A stretch of 48,689 nucleotides of DNA, counting the filler, from Catajapyx aquilonaris (lineage: Eukaryota), in the NCBI GenBank assembly GCA_000934665.2. It is 3 parts of 3 records of this genome, joined end to end, with 100 filler letters (N's around TTAATTAATTAA, not from the genome) between each part and the next. Parts side by side here need not be neighbours in the genome. Positions count along the whole stretch, not along the records: positions 32,525 to 48,689 come from JYFJ02007275.1; 2 more parts are not named here. The stretch is one strand, 5' to 3'. The notes beneath the pieces were generated by a model. It saw nothing but the letters and a program-made list of their open reading frames with translations, was not told where the DNA came from and ran no database searches. The translations under genes were made by a program, and so were the position numbers. Below, in pieces: positions 37,008 through 48,689 of the stretch (position 1 is its first letter; every line of letters starts with the position of its first letter).

Positions 37008-37619
37008 AGAGCACGTTATTCCGAGATATAACGACCAGTTCACTCCATATATTCCCCAACACCACATTTTTAAACATGGGCTATTTAGCTGGTATAACCG
37101 TCCTTGTCTGTTAAACTTAACCTAACCATGGCCACTTCGCCTATACGGACGAAGATAACAGCTCCACCACGGACAATGCTGGCAGGAATTAGAGAGAAAG
37201 TTATGGCACAACACATGATAATGATAGAAGCTATTGAAGGACGTGAACCAGAATGCTTCATGAGTAGAAAAGGACACAGGTTTTTGGGGCATATTTAGAC
37301 CCTACCTATACATAGCCATTTAAAATTTCAGATGACGACGACGACATTGCGGGAGACCAGGGCTACAACTTGTATTATTTCAGATATGCCTGCCTTGGCT
37401 GAATGAAGTACCAATGGCACTTGGCCACCACCTGGGCAAGCTCATGTGGCGCCTGTGCTGATATTAGTGCCAGTTTATACATTGGTTCATCATGGGGTAT
37501 GGAAAATAAATAACAGTAAAATAATACAATATTAAATACCAGCGGCAAATGGTCAGGTACGAGGAGAACCCCAATTCCGCGGGGAGGGCAGACGAAGTCA
37601 TAGGTGACCAGAGAAAAAA

Positions 37620-38010
37620 AACAATTGAAGACATTTTGATACAAATGAGGGTCGATTCACGGCATCATTATGCAGTCGTACAGGAGTGCATTCTTGGAAT
37701 GTCCCAGTATATTGAGAGGACAATGCTTTATCAGTGACTGCCTTAAACATGAAGCAACTTTTTTCACATTCCAGAGATCACTTTTAACAATACTTGAAAC
37801 AAGAACATTCGAATTTGAAAAGGGCAGTGTATTTTATAGTGACGGAAGTGCAGCCCAGTACAAAAACTATATGAACTGTGTCACCATGAAGAAGACTAGG
37901 GCATGAAGGCTGAATGGCATTTCTTTGCAACCAGTCGTGGCAAGCATGCCTGTGATGGAGTAGGGGAAAGAGCCTTGCCACTAGGGCAAGCCGCCAGAGA
38001 ACAAATTTTG
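37620..38010 (+). pseudogene. Decayed Sola2-type DDD transposase fragment
   Basis: CFISDCLKHE...FYSDGSAAQYKNY, then frameshifted LCHHEED*GMKAEWHFFATSRGKHACDGVG and ATRASRQR, matching the SDGxAxQYKN / AEWHFFATSHGKGxCDGxG core. Confidence 0.82.
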
Positions 38011-38107
38011 ACTCAAAAGATCTGAATTTGCCGGCCCTTATGTGTGGCAGAATAGTTAGACTCGTGTGCACGAAAGTCAGTTTTCTTAATTTTTAATCTC
38101 ATTGTGA

Positions 38108-38200
38108 GGGTCATTTTACGTCAAATAACCATTACTTTTTGTGGACATATATAACGCATACTTGGATTTCACAACGAAATGCAATGGAACCCACTTTAGT
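38108..38200 (+). mobile_element. Possible DNA-transposon left terminus (Sola2-like)
   Basis: GGGTCATTTTACGTCAAATAACC, similar to the inverted terminus ending at 43009. Confidence 0.35.
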
Positions 38201-41200
38201 GCTAGTGCCAAACAAAAAAAAAAAAAAAAAGCTCTCCTGAAAAGTTGGTTTACATGGCACTTAAATCCCTCTGCAGTGGCACCTCTCATTTAGTTAAGGA
38301 TGGAAGCAGAAGTTCAATATGGAAGCACTGTCCATTGCCTGGAGGAGAAGGTCAATGCTGCCTTAAGAAAATTGAAAATGCTTTTGGCCTGAAGTCAGTT
38401 GAGGACATCGACAACAACCTTCGCGGCAGAGAAACGCCAAGCAGCATGGGAGCGTTATTCATTGTTCTCGCCCAAGCAGAAGTCTCACTGGAAACTGGAC
38501 GAAGCGGAGAAGCAGTCACACCTGGATGATGAGGGGCAACACTCTTCACTTGAACATGAATTAGCAGGAGGCTTTCTAAAAAATCTGTTCCTATAGCGGC
38601 CGCCACCGCTGCAGCCTCCACACCAGCAGCAGCCTCTGCAGGTGATTACTTAGACAAGTAACAGCTGCTGAGAAGTCAGAAGTGCCTCAGATGTAAGAAG
38701 ACCGGTAAAACTAGTCTAAAAACGGTCTAAAACTAGTAAGGGTGCAGATGCAAATTACTGGAAAACTCTCAGTGTGAAGGTTGAGATGTGTCATGTTTGA
38801 AAACACTGTTGTACGTGTAGAGTAGTTGACGTAACGAATTAATAATTTTTCTCAACTTGGGGGAAAATTTGCAGCTTGAAACTTTCGCTATACTCTGGAA
38901 AAAAACTTTGTGGGCTTGTGTGGTGGAATATTCATTCAATGAGAATTTGATGGATTTTTAATTTGAAATCACATGTGCTGTTTGTGAATGATTTACTCTG
39001 GGAATTATGCACTTGGCATTACTTAACCTTAACACCACAAAGCATTATTTTTAGCCTCAGGATTATGATTCACCTTTTTATGTACATATCCTGTTCACTG
39101 ATGATTAAAGTGAATATTTCAACAACACCAGGAGGGTCTGTGCACATGAAATAGTAGCGAACTTGAATATTCAGGAGTGAAAGGTTTTGTTAATTAATAA
39201 GCCAGGGAGAATTTGAACTTGCTGCTTACTCGTGGGAGTGATGGGTGTGAACATATTCCAAATGAACATGACCTCCTGAGGCATGAACTGTGCTGTATCC
39301 AGAATTTTTTACCTAATGTGGTCATTTGGCCCATGCAGTCATTGGACACTATCTGTTCAAGTTGTTCTACTAATAAGAAATCATTGTGCCCAATTCTGAA
39401 ATGGTCAAAGAAGGCAGGAGAATAATAATATATTGTTGTGACACTGAGGAAACTAATATGATATGTTTTTCAGTATCTAAAGTTCATACATTATGAATGC
39501 ATTTTTAGGCCGCCGCAGCAGCAGTAGATGCCAACACGTCGTACGGGTGGTTGGTGGATGACGAGTACGACAGATACAGCGTGAGTATCTCATTGACTTG
39601 TACATGGCGATGCCGAAATGGCACTTCTGCAATAAGTAAAACAACCTTGCGAAAGAGCCACGCATGTACAGTCGCGATCAGAAAGTACTAATCCTGAAAT
39701 AAATTCTTTTCTTGGCATTCATTGTATGGGCCATAGAGTTATAATAATGTTCTGCTCTGTCTGCAAACGACAATGGCCGACCGATTACAGTAATCACATG
39801 CAACACGAATGACGTTTTTCCCTGATGACTCAACTGTGTGATTATGACACAGTGCAGTATATGTTTTTGATTGCCTCCAGTTCATATGTGTAATATTTTC
39901 CAGATGGATCAGACCGTAACACTACTCGCCATGCCCCAGTCTCCTCTTTGGTTGATGGAGCGTCCACAACGGCAGTAGGCATAGAGAGATATGTAAGAAC
40001 CCCCACCTTTAATTCCTTGTGTGGTGTAAGCCCACATGTGATATTTGCATTTGGATAGAATCACTCTGTATGGAGAAAATGATATGGACGAGAATAAAAT
40101 AATGTGAACCCTAGAAACATTTACACGTTGTGAGTATTCTTATGAAATACACTGCTATACCTAAGCTTTTTCTTAAAATTTAAATGCCAACGAGCTTCAT
40201 TTTGTTCCCTGTGAAATCTTCACAATCATGTTGCAAATCAATTAATGTTAAGCAGATTTTTGTGGCTCATTCCTGTCAACAATATTTCAACCTGTAATAT
40301 TCTAATTAATATTTTCTGCCTCCTGTACACATCCTCGACACTTTCAAGTTAAGTGTTGATCACCAATCATCCTGCCAACTACGGAGGGAGTGCAAGGATT
40401 ACACCATCACAAGACGACGATCAACCTCGCCTGGACTACCTGTGGAAGCAGGTTGATGACCAACGACCTTGGATGTGACTGCAATTAATTGATGCAATGG
40501 ATTCCAAGGTGTTGTTCCTGGACTATACGACTGCAGGAATTATTAAGCTGACAGAGCAGGGCCAATTGCGACTGCCTATAGTAGTTTGTAACTCACTTCA
40601 CTTCAACAAAACCTGGCAATAGGGAAGAAATATAATATGACCATATTGATCGAATATTATTGATTGGCTCGACAAAAGCGACAATCAACCAATGGCTGTA
40701 TGGAGTCATACCAAGTCATACCCATCATACCAGATGGCTGTAGGGCTTTTTTATGCAAAATAAAACTGGAACGAGCTACCCAGTCATTCGCTGCAAGAAG
40801 CAAGCATTTAGTATGCCAGCCTGGTGATCAAGAGATACAGCTTCTATTTGCATGATCCAGTCCATTATGATTGTTGAATCAAACAGCGTTGCTGTTGATT
40901 TATCAACATGAGAGGTCGACATAAACCCGGATTGCAGATCAAATGTTTACTTTGTACATGAATAATCAAAATTGCAGCCATGGAGCTTGTTTCACGTACT
41001 CCTCTTGAGATAGGGCATTGCACACAAGCAGGTTACCCAAAATTACTTACACTTGAAAGTGAAAATGCAATAAGCTTGTCCTGATAATGAACAAAAAATA
41101 CCTCTCATCTTAAAGATCCCATCTTCCAATGCACTCTTTCCTTTCCAGCATCCTCGTTGGACCATAATTATCTTCTCCGTCACAGACAAAGACAATTTCA

Positions 41201-42719
41201 AGAAATTCCGACCCAGAAGTTGGCAGTTAGCAAATGATGATTAAGCTGTCCCAAAAGTATGAGATTAAATTCCAAATCAATCTGAATCACTTCCAAATGC
41301 TTACTTTCAAGTTTCGTCACTCAAGTAGCGCTGTCTTCATGTTTGACTGGCTTTTTTGTAAACCACCCCACTGTGCGGTGACCATGTCTTCACCTGCCAG
41401 CCAAATGAGGAGCATTCACATTCGACTTCCATTGCAGACCACCTTTCTTCATGGAGGAGGAACAGTAGGACATAGAGGAGGGTGTCCCGCCCAATCAGGG
41501 GTACACCAGAGGCTGTAAAGGCATTCTGGATTTGCTACAGGGACACATCAACCAGGAAAAATGCCGCATGGATACCTCTGCTCAACCAGATTCTGGCGGT
41601 GAAGGTGCAGGAGGTGGAGGAAAGGCAGACCTGGCAGGTCTACTATAACGTACCACTTGGTCAACATGCACTCCATTCCAGATGCAATGTACTTAATCAC
41701 ACTTTTGGGAGGGTGCAGGACAATTGTCACAAAGAATGTCAAGAAATATAAATGACCTTGGATTTGTCTGCTTCCAGAACACCATTCGGGACTTCACTAT
41801 CCCCATTCCGTCATTAAAGGAGTGATTACTAGGGAGTTAGTCTGGGGAAACAGGAGGGCCATTTCCCAGATAATTGGGCACCTCCTGGAGAAAGTGACTG
41901 GCCAACTTCCTTCATTGCCTCTCCTGCATTCCACGAGTTATGCAGCAAGCCTTAAACCAACACACCATCCTACACCAGATTTCCCTGAATCGCGCCAGCA
42001 ATGGGCGAAACACCGGAATTTCTGGCCAATAATTTATGCCACACGACATGAAAATGGCTTCTGACATGCATAGATTCATTAAAAATAATTAAGGTTTCGC
42101 AGCCTGTAGGGTCCACCTTCATAAATATTCCAATTGAAACCTATATTTTAAAGGGTGCAATGTAAGTTATTGTGCAGAATTTTTGACTTATGAAATGAAA
42201 CCGCGCACACTCGGGCATCATGGCGCCCGAGCTTAACATACAGAAATGGTCACATTGGTCTACCCAAGTTGTTATTGTTAACCCTGGTTGCTCATTAATT
42301 TCCCCTGCCTCCACACCAGCAGTGTGACACACATGCTCCGATACTGGCCACCATGGGAGATATTAGAGATAAGGTCATAAACCCAAGGGAACTCATGACA
42401 CAAGATAGAGGGACACGAATTGAAATTTCTACATCATCTGCAGAGATATTATGTGGACAGCTGGTAGCTACTTGACATTGTTGCGAGTGAGTTTTCACAA
42501 CTTTGCAAAATTTCTAGAAAGTGACATTTCTGCACCCATCAGAACCTCCTTCTTACCCCTTCACCACCTGATGTGCTCTGGATTCCTTCTCCTGACATAC
42601 TTTGCATAGCAAATCCCTATCGGCCAACTGGTTGGGTTTCACTTTACCAGAAGGTGAAAGAAGGTTGCAGATGTCACTAAAATGTTCATGGATTCAACAA
42701 AAAAACAATGGCTTTGAGT

Positions 42720-43009
42720 TCACAGCCACCATACCCAACATATGGAAAGAAAAGTATCAAGACAATTTTAAAATGAGACATTGCACAGGTTTCTATCTCA
42801 TCTAGTTCCTGAGCAAATAGTCCTTAACTACTTGAAGATGCAAAAATTTTGCATAAATATTTCGTTACTTTTGAATTGCAGGCAAAAAAAAAATAATCTG
42901 TGGTTTTCATTCATAACTAGGTAAGGACACTATTCTTGGTACACCAAGTTTCATGAAAAGGAGAGGGGTCAAGGCAGAATCAGTGGGATGATTTGACATG
43001 GAATGACTC
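42720..43009. mobile_element. DNA-transposon right-end fragment (Sola2-like terminus)
   Basis: Ends GATTTGACATGGAATGACTC (GAGTCATTCCATGTCAAATC on minus), preceded by CCAAGTTTCATGAAA subterminal motif. Confidence 0.45.
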
Positions 43010-44471
43010 TTTGATGACTGGTGGATGGTCCATTAAGATGCTGCGGGGCAGTTGACGTAGATGCAGATTTTCTGGTGATGGTCTAACTCGTCTGTTGCAT
43101 CTAGTCCTGAACGAGGAGAAGGCGTGGATTAGGCCCCTGGGTCTTCTTCCCAACTGCCACCCTCACGTTGTCCCCACCAGCACCCCGCAAGGGATCTCTT
43201 GATGGTTAGGGGATTGAAGCCCATCCCACCCATATTGTCCCAGAGGCCTCCGTATCCATGTTTGCTCCTCCAAGTTCTTCCACTCAGTCCTCAGCTGTCT
43301 GGACCCCTTGCAAAGCTTGAAGACCAAATCCATTGGTTCTCTGAAATGTTATCAGGTCCCAGGATCTGTCTTCTTCGTTGTCAGGTGCACTTAGCAAGCA
43401 CTTAGCCTAACACACCAGTACTGGAATTGCTCATAACTTGGTGCATGCTTGGTGATTGAAGTTGTTGAATGTGGCCAGTACTTTGGCAGAAATTTGCTTG
43501 TAGATGTAGAAGAGAATGGCAGTGGAACACGGCAGGTTGGCTGCACCAATGGGTAGGTGCATTCAGGTGAAACTCTCGAAGACAGCTTGGCCAAAGGATG
43601 GAGACTGTTGCCACTTGAAGTCTCCACATACAAATGTCACTTGTAGAACCACCCTGTAGCATCCAGTTTTGTAACGTTTGGGCAATAAGCTTCAAGTGTG
43701 GTCAGCCAAATCCAGGTATCAGTTGCTCTGCTCGCTGTCGTACTGGCAGCATCCACTGGGGTTTGGCAGCTCATATCTGCACAACCTGTCAAAGACAAAA
43801 AGGACAATATTAAGATTCGGTGTCATGCAATTAGCCAATAAACACACTTTTTACCAAATATTCTAAACGCAATGCAAGTGGCACTTTCCCTGAACATGGG
43901 AGCTGTTAATGTCTGGTTGAAACAGCAGAAGTCTATGTGCAATATTGTGCAATATGATATTGCCTGTCGCACTGTCCATACAATAAAGTTGAAAAAACGT
44001 AGGAGTGGGCATGAAATGGGCACAAAATTTGTCCACTTCATTTCCTCTTGTACCCCTTGATCCCTTTATTTAGCAACATAAAAAATTTCAGCATACTGGC
44101 TTACATGGGGCTACAATCTCAGACAGGTACACAGGTTATCAGCCAAACTCATTGTCCAGGATCCTAGTACAGTTTCTTTTCTGTGATAGTGTCTTATTAT
44201 ATAGTGGGATCCAAAATACTTGTCCAACTTCTTTTCGGACAGTTACTTTTGCACAATTACTTTAATGGTAACCTATCTGCAATGATTAGGGTTAAAGTTC
44301 CTTTATCTATGCCTACATAATTTTGATTTAATTGGAACTATGCACATAAACAAGATGGCCCTATCAACTTCCACAATTGATGCACTTTCATTATCATCAT
44401 CATCCATCAATACCCAAATATTTGGGGTGCCAGCAAATAACAAGGAAAAACAACCTTCAAGTTGTTTTCTA

Positions 44472-44985
44472 AAGTGGGTTCTACACAGTCGATCCGACTT
44501 CAACCGGATTCGACCGTCAAACCTACTGTGTACATGGCATCCAGGCCAGCTCAGGTCACTTAGGCAGATCGGAGACGGGAGAGTGGACAGGGCAAGACAG
44601 CGGATTGACTGTGTGAATCACTGTTCGACTCATCCCGGCTCTCTGATTGGCTAGTGGGGTCTTCGAGTCAAACTCATTGCCGACTTGGAGGCATCGGACA
44701 CCCTGTTCAGACCCTGTTGTTCGATGTCCGATGCCTCCGAGTCGGCAACGAGTTTGACTAGAAGACCCCACTAGCCAATCAGAGAGCCAGGATGAGTCGA
44801 ACAGTGATTCACACAGTCAATCCGCTGTTTTGCCCTGTCCACCCTCCCGTCTCCGATCTGCCTAGGTGACCTGAGCTGGCCTCCCTGGCTCCAACGTTGG
44901 ATCTGACACGGAAAGCCATTTATTCACACAGCACGTTTGATGGTCGAATCCAGTCGAAGTCGGATCGACTGCGTAGATCGCACTT
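44472..44985. mobile_element. Palindromic MITE, ~515 bp (Harbinger-like terminus)
   Basis: AAGTGGGTTCTACACAGTCGATCCGACTTC vs GAAGTCGGATCGACTGCGTAGATCGCACTT; inner arms 44548-44700 / 44725-44880 near-perfectly complementary; TA on both flanks. Confidence 0.9.
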
Positions 44986-45554
44986 TAGAATGAGATGCAG
45001 ACTGGAGACAATAAATGTCAGACAACAAGTAACTGTGCTGTATATTTTATCTGACTCCATTTCATGCTGATTTATGGGTATTCAGAGGCCTTTTCTGCAA
45101 GTCTAATAAATGTGATTTGTAAAGGAAATAATTACATGAGACAGTTACACTGATGCTAAAAATAAAAAGCTCAGGTCCGGAAAAACAATCGACATTTCAG
45201 CAAAAGTCCTGTTTCATCTTGCCGCTCATCCTTTCAAAACCCCTCAAGTAACAGCTAAAACAAGCATCTTAATTTTTACCAACAGACAAAAGTCTTTTGG
45301 ATGAAGGGAAACTCATGGACAACTAGGTAGACTGACAGTAGTCACAAAACTAACATAGGGATGTGCAATTAGTGTTGGGCTCCGTTGCATAAAGCGGCGA
45401 AATCCCTTCAGAGTAATAATCCGGGGACGACACCCATGCACTTTGTCACTTTTGCCTCATAATCCACCATCCGACGCTCTACACTTTAAGGGCGCCGTGC
45501 ACATTAACTACGCAAAGGAGCCTAAAACTGATTGCACTTCCCTAAAGTGCGGAT

Positions 45555-45679
45555 AACGAAACGACGATCTGATGACATGGTCGCACAACCAAATGAGTAA
45601 ACAGTGTCAACAAAAAGAACGTCGTTTACTCCCATTGGTGCACCAGAACAAAATGATGACATCAGATCATCGTTTCGTT
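45555..45679. repeat. Hairpin: 24-bp inverted repeat with inner second stem
   Basis: AACGAAACGACGATCTGATGACAT vs ATGACATCAGATCATCGTTTCGTT (2 mismatches); inner GAGTAAAC/GTTTACTC. Confidence 0.75.
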
Positions 45680-47600
45680 TTCAACACTGTATATCAGTTT
45701 TGCGAGTACCATCAGTCTCCCTGGGATTTGTCCGCGAGTTTCCCTTCACCCTGTATGTGCACATATGCAATAATAAGCAACAAGATTGTTTATTTGAAAA
45801 ACCCACCCAAAATGAAAAAAATCTGGACAAGTGCATATTGCAGGATTGATGCACCAATAATATCCGTGGAAAATTATCAAATGCAAAGCTTGCTGCTGTT
45901 GTGGAATAACCAACACTTCATGGATACTCGAACTGCACAACAATGACAATGATGTTCCCACTGTCATAGTATTTTGTCAGAGGTTCGCTAAAATTACAGT
46001 GTATTCCTACTGAAATGTCCCTAGGGGTTAGCAGCCTTTCGGCTGAGTACCTTACTATGAAGCAGACACTCTTAGATATTCTGCATTAGGAACTAATATC
46101 ATAATAGAATGGATGAACCATGTCGAGGACCATGAATTATAATGCAATGAGTTGAAGGAATTGACATAATTAGTAGTCTGACCACTTATCATCTAATGTC
46201 AGGGTTTCAATTTATTCTCTCAGCATGGACAAAAGTTTAAAAATTATCCAGCAATTCATAGAATTAGCAGCTAATATCTCCATCTGAAAGTAGCTGCTAT
46301 AATAGTTAACTGTTAACTGTTTGCAGTAAGCCAAGTTGCCAATCACCAGGTTACGCCTCATTTGGAATGCACTGCATAATAGCAACACGAATACTCAAAA
46401 CATTATCCAGACGCAATGAACAAATGGGCCAATGTGAACCAGAATGTGCTCACAATGATGGGCTTGCCATAACATGTGCTATCATAATAATTAATCACGC
46501 TAATTTTTTGAATGAAAATTATACTATTGCAAACAGTGCTAATAATAATAATGAAATCCTACTTGCCCCATTCATTAAAATCTTTTGTAGCAAATGATGC
46601 AAAGTAGTGTAAATGAAAAGCATGGGAATCCAAAATTTTAGCAAAAAGTGACACTCAAATGTTCAGCAAGGCTTAAAGTACAGGAAGCAGCCCTCTTCCC
46701 CATGGAAACGTACAAGTGAAACGTGTGTGCACAAGTGGTATGTTTAAGTCTATGCCAGTTTATGCATTTAGACCAGCCCCCCCTCAACGCCCAACCTAGC
46801 CTCAAGGTGACGGTAGCGTACTTAGATCAGGTTGATATTCATACCTAGTCTGCTCTAGTCAGCTCGTATTGGGGATATAAGCAGGCAAAAGCCCTCTTTC
46901 ATCTTGGTCAAATATTATGCTGGCCTGATATTTTATCACCATATCGTGCAACTGTTTGACTGCAATATTATGCTAATTTCACAACAAATATTCAGAATTT
47001 GGCAAGACTTGTCCGAAGCGCAACTTTTCACATGGTTGGACTGCTGAAATGGTCCAATGTCTCTAGTGTATTTGCCACATCTCTCAACACAAGTCAATGT
47101 GATACATGAACCATTAATGCAACATGACCGGAATTGAGATGCAGAGTTTAAAGCAACCTTTCACATACCACAGCCAATACACAAGATGCATGTACCATGT
47201 CGAGAGTGCTCAAACTGGGTCAGCACATTGTTATTCCAGTTCTATTGGCCTTGGCCATCAGAAATGGAATGACAATGCCCTGGTCCCGCTATGGCCTGCT
47301 TGACAAGAGTGCACACCACTTTGGAATGGCGGGTGTGGTATGCGCCCGCAGACTCTTACTCATGCATTTAGGAGGCACAAATACTATCTTTCTCTGGGGA
47401 AAGTTTCAAGTCTCGGCCCTATCCTCTCCAGATGACACAAATTGGCTTTATGTGATTCACCCCTGCACTTAAAATGAGGCAAATTTTTAATCAAGTCCAC
47501 TTTGTAATGTTACGAGCACATCCCTGCCACTGTGGGCTAGCCTAATTCAAAGCCCGCTCTGCCCCCAGAACGTGATACTAAATCGTATACACTTGAGTTA

Positions 47601-47723
47601 GGCTGTGTTCACATGTGAGCGATTCGCTCAGCGATGAAAGCAATTGTTTGGGGGCATTGGTAACAATCAATTATCGCCTGGCCATCATCCCTGAGTGACT
47701 CGCTCACATACGCAAACGCAGCC
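47601..47723. mobile_element. Small PIF/Harbinger-like MITE, 123 bp
   Basis: GGCTGTGTTCACATGTGAGCGATTCGCTCAG vs CTGAGTGACTCGCTCACATACGCAAACGCAGCC; TA on both flanks. Confidence 0.7.
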
Positions 47724-48689
47724 TACGGCATCACACATGGGCTTCCCTATAGCCGCAGCTGCTCCTCCCACTTGGTGAGCACAACTGAATGTACGTGACG
47801 CCTGAGTACATCTTGCCACAATAATGCTCGTTAGGCTGCTGCACCACAACCGTGCAGACACACTAGCAGAGTTACTACGTAATAAGCGCCCCGCTCCACT
47901 GATGCCCAGCAATAATTGCTTCAATTATTGAAATGATGATGCTAATGGATGAGCAGCAAAAGGGGCCTGCAATGCAAATGAGGGTGATTAGGGCACTGTA
48001 CTTACCAGTAGTGGCCACAGCAGTTAGAGGAGGTACGGGCTGGAAGGTGTCCTTGGAGGCGTCCTTGGCAAGGGAGGCAACACCCAGGCCCCCGGATGCA
48101 TCCGGCTGCAGTGGCTCAAGTCCCATCCATCAGTCCTCCTGTGGTGGTCTGTCTCCTGCCCCTGGTCCTGCCCCTAGCTGGCCCTTCCCAAAGGCCCTTC
48201 CCCCAACCACCCTCCAGATTCATTCGAATCCGTCTGCTGCTGCTGGCGAGCTGGCCCCCACCCTTCCTCCTTCCTCCTCCCTCCCTCCCTCCCTCCCAAC
48301 CCGGCAGCGTTGCCGGCTCCTTGCCAAGCCCAAAAGGGCTCTCCTTCCCTCAAGGTCCTTCCCTTGTTCCCAAGGGATACACTTGGCAACAGGGGTTCTT
48401 TAAGGTGGGGGAGGGAGGAGAGGGAGGGGAGGGAGGGAGGAAAAACAATGTTGCAACATGGCATGACATGGCAAAAAAAAAAATATATATGGCAAATTTT
48501 CTGCTGTTGAGCACAGATTTTCGCGACACAGGGCCCAGATTATATTTTTTAAAATCTGAGTATCACTTTTCCATTTATTAATATGAGGAACAACTCCCAA
48601 TAAAATATTATTGCAGAACACTGCAAAATCAATCCCATCCTTATAAGCTGTCAAATGGGGTGAAATATGATTTTAATATATCCCATTAT

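Larger units (their letters stand above)
32711..39580 (+). repeat. Second tandem duplication: blocks A-B-C repeated as A'-B'-C'
   Basis: A 32711-33580 ~ 35822-36692; B 34880-34940 ~ 38621-38680; C 35394-35515 ~ 39394-39518; different TE insertions between blocks. Confidence 0.88.
34774..39991 (+). other. Putative spliced transcript with short Gln/Ala/Pro-rich exons (small protein or lncRNA)
   Basis: AG..GT bounded GC-rich blocks 34774-34899, 35062-35151, 35506-, 36123-36186, 38597-38641, 39509-39580, 39904-39991 (also 33019-33049); first three join to MATRSYRRLQFLRAF...QQHQQQALQPRQAGVVAAALRM...AMQAAPTTASND*. Confidence 0.4.
40860..48120 (-). pseudogene. Possible heavily decayed F-box/LRR-type gene
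   Basis: Minus-strand fragments in plausible order: SASVSARLW/ALLWQDV (47870-47807), PSLSTLDM (47219-47196), ERCGKY (47085-47068), AYCPNVTKLDATGW (43690-43649), RRCPIIWEMAL (41886-41854), LDILCDNCP (41743-41717); many stops. Confidence 0.27.

Noticed and set aside
47933..48581. Overlapping Pro-rich ORFs
   Set aside because: Explained by CCT/GGA low-complexity GC-rich sequence; no recognisable domain.

Overview
Repeat-rich eukaryotic (metazoan, probably arthropod) draft-assembly DNA, not prokaryotic; most ORFs in the supplied track are spurious. The main content is a head-to-tail tandem pair of intact 13-exon genes (19771-24326, 834 aa; 25022-29950, 888 aa) that I reconstructed by hand from GT-AG sites conserved in position and phase between the copies. 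They encode a helical/coiled-coil, charge-rich protein with no family I recognise, and their central exons look more diverged than the adjacent introns. A possible decayed third paralog lies at about 6.5-7.9 kb on the minus strand. Around the genes are a non-autonomous LTR retroelement with a perfect tRNA-Lys primer-binding site, two tRNA-derived SINEs, several MITEs/foldback elements (hAT, Tc1/Tigger-like, Harbinger-like, Chapaev-like end), a Sola2-type transposase relic, a Penelope-type minimal hammerhead ribozyme motif, a second duplicated module with CAG-rich micro-exons and C2H2 zinc-finger relics, and weak traces of F-box/LRR pseudogenes. Three assembly gaps are present, two carrying an artificial TTAATTAATTAA linker. 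I cannot support a claim of a wholly new molecular system; the best leads are the fast-evolving orphan gene pair and the hammerhead.
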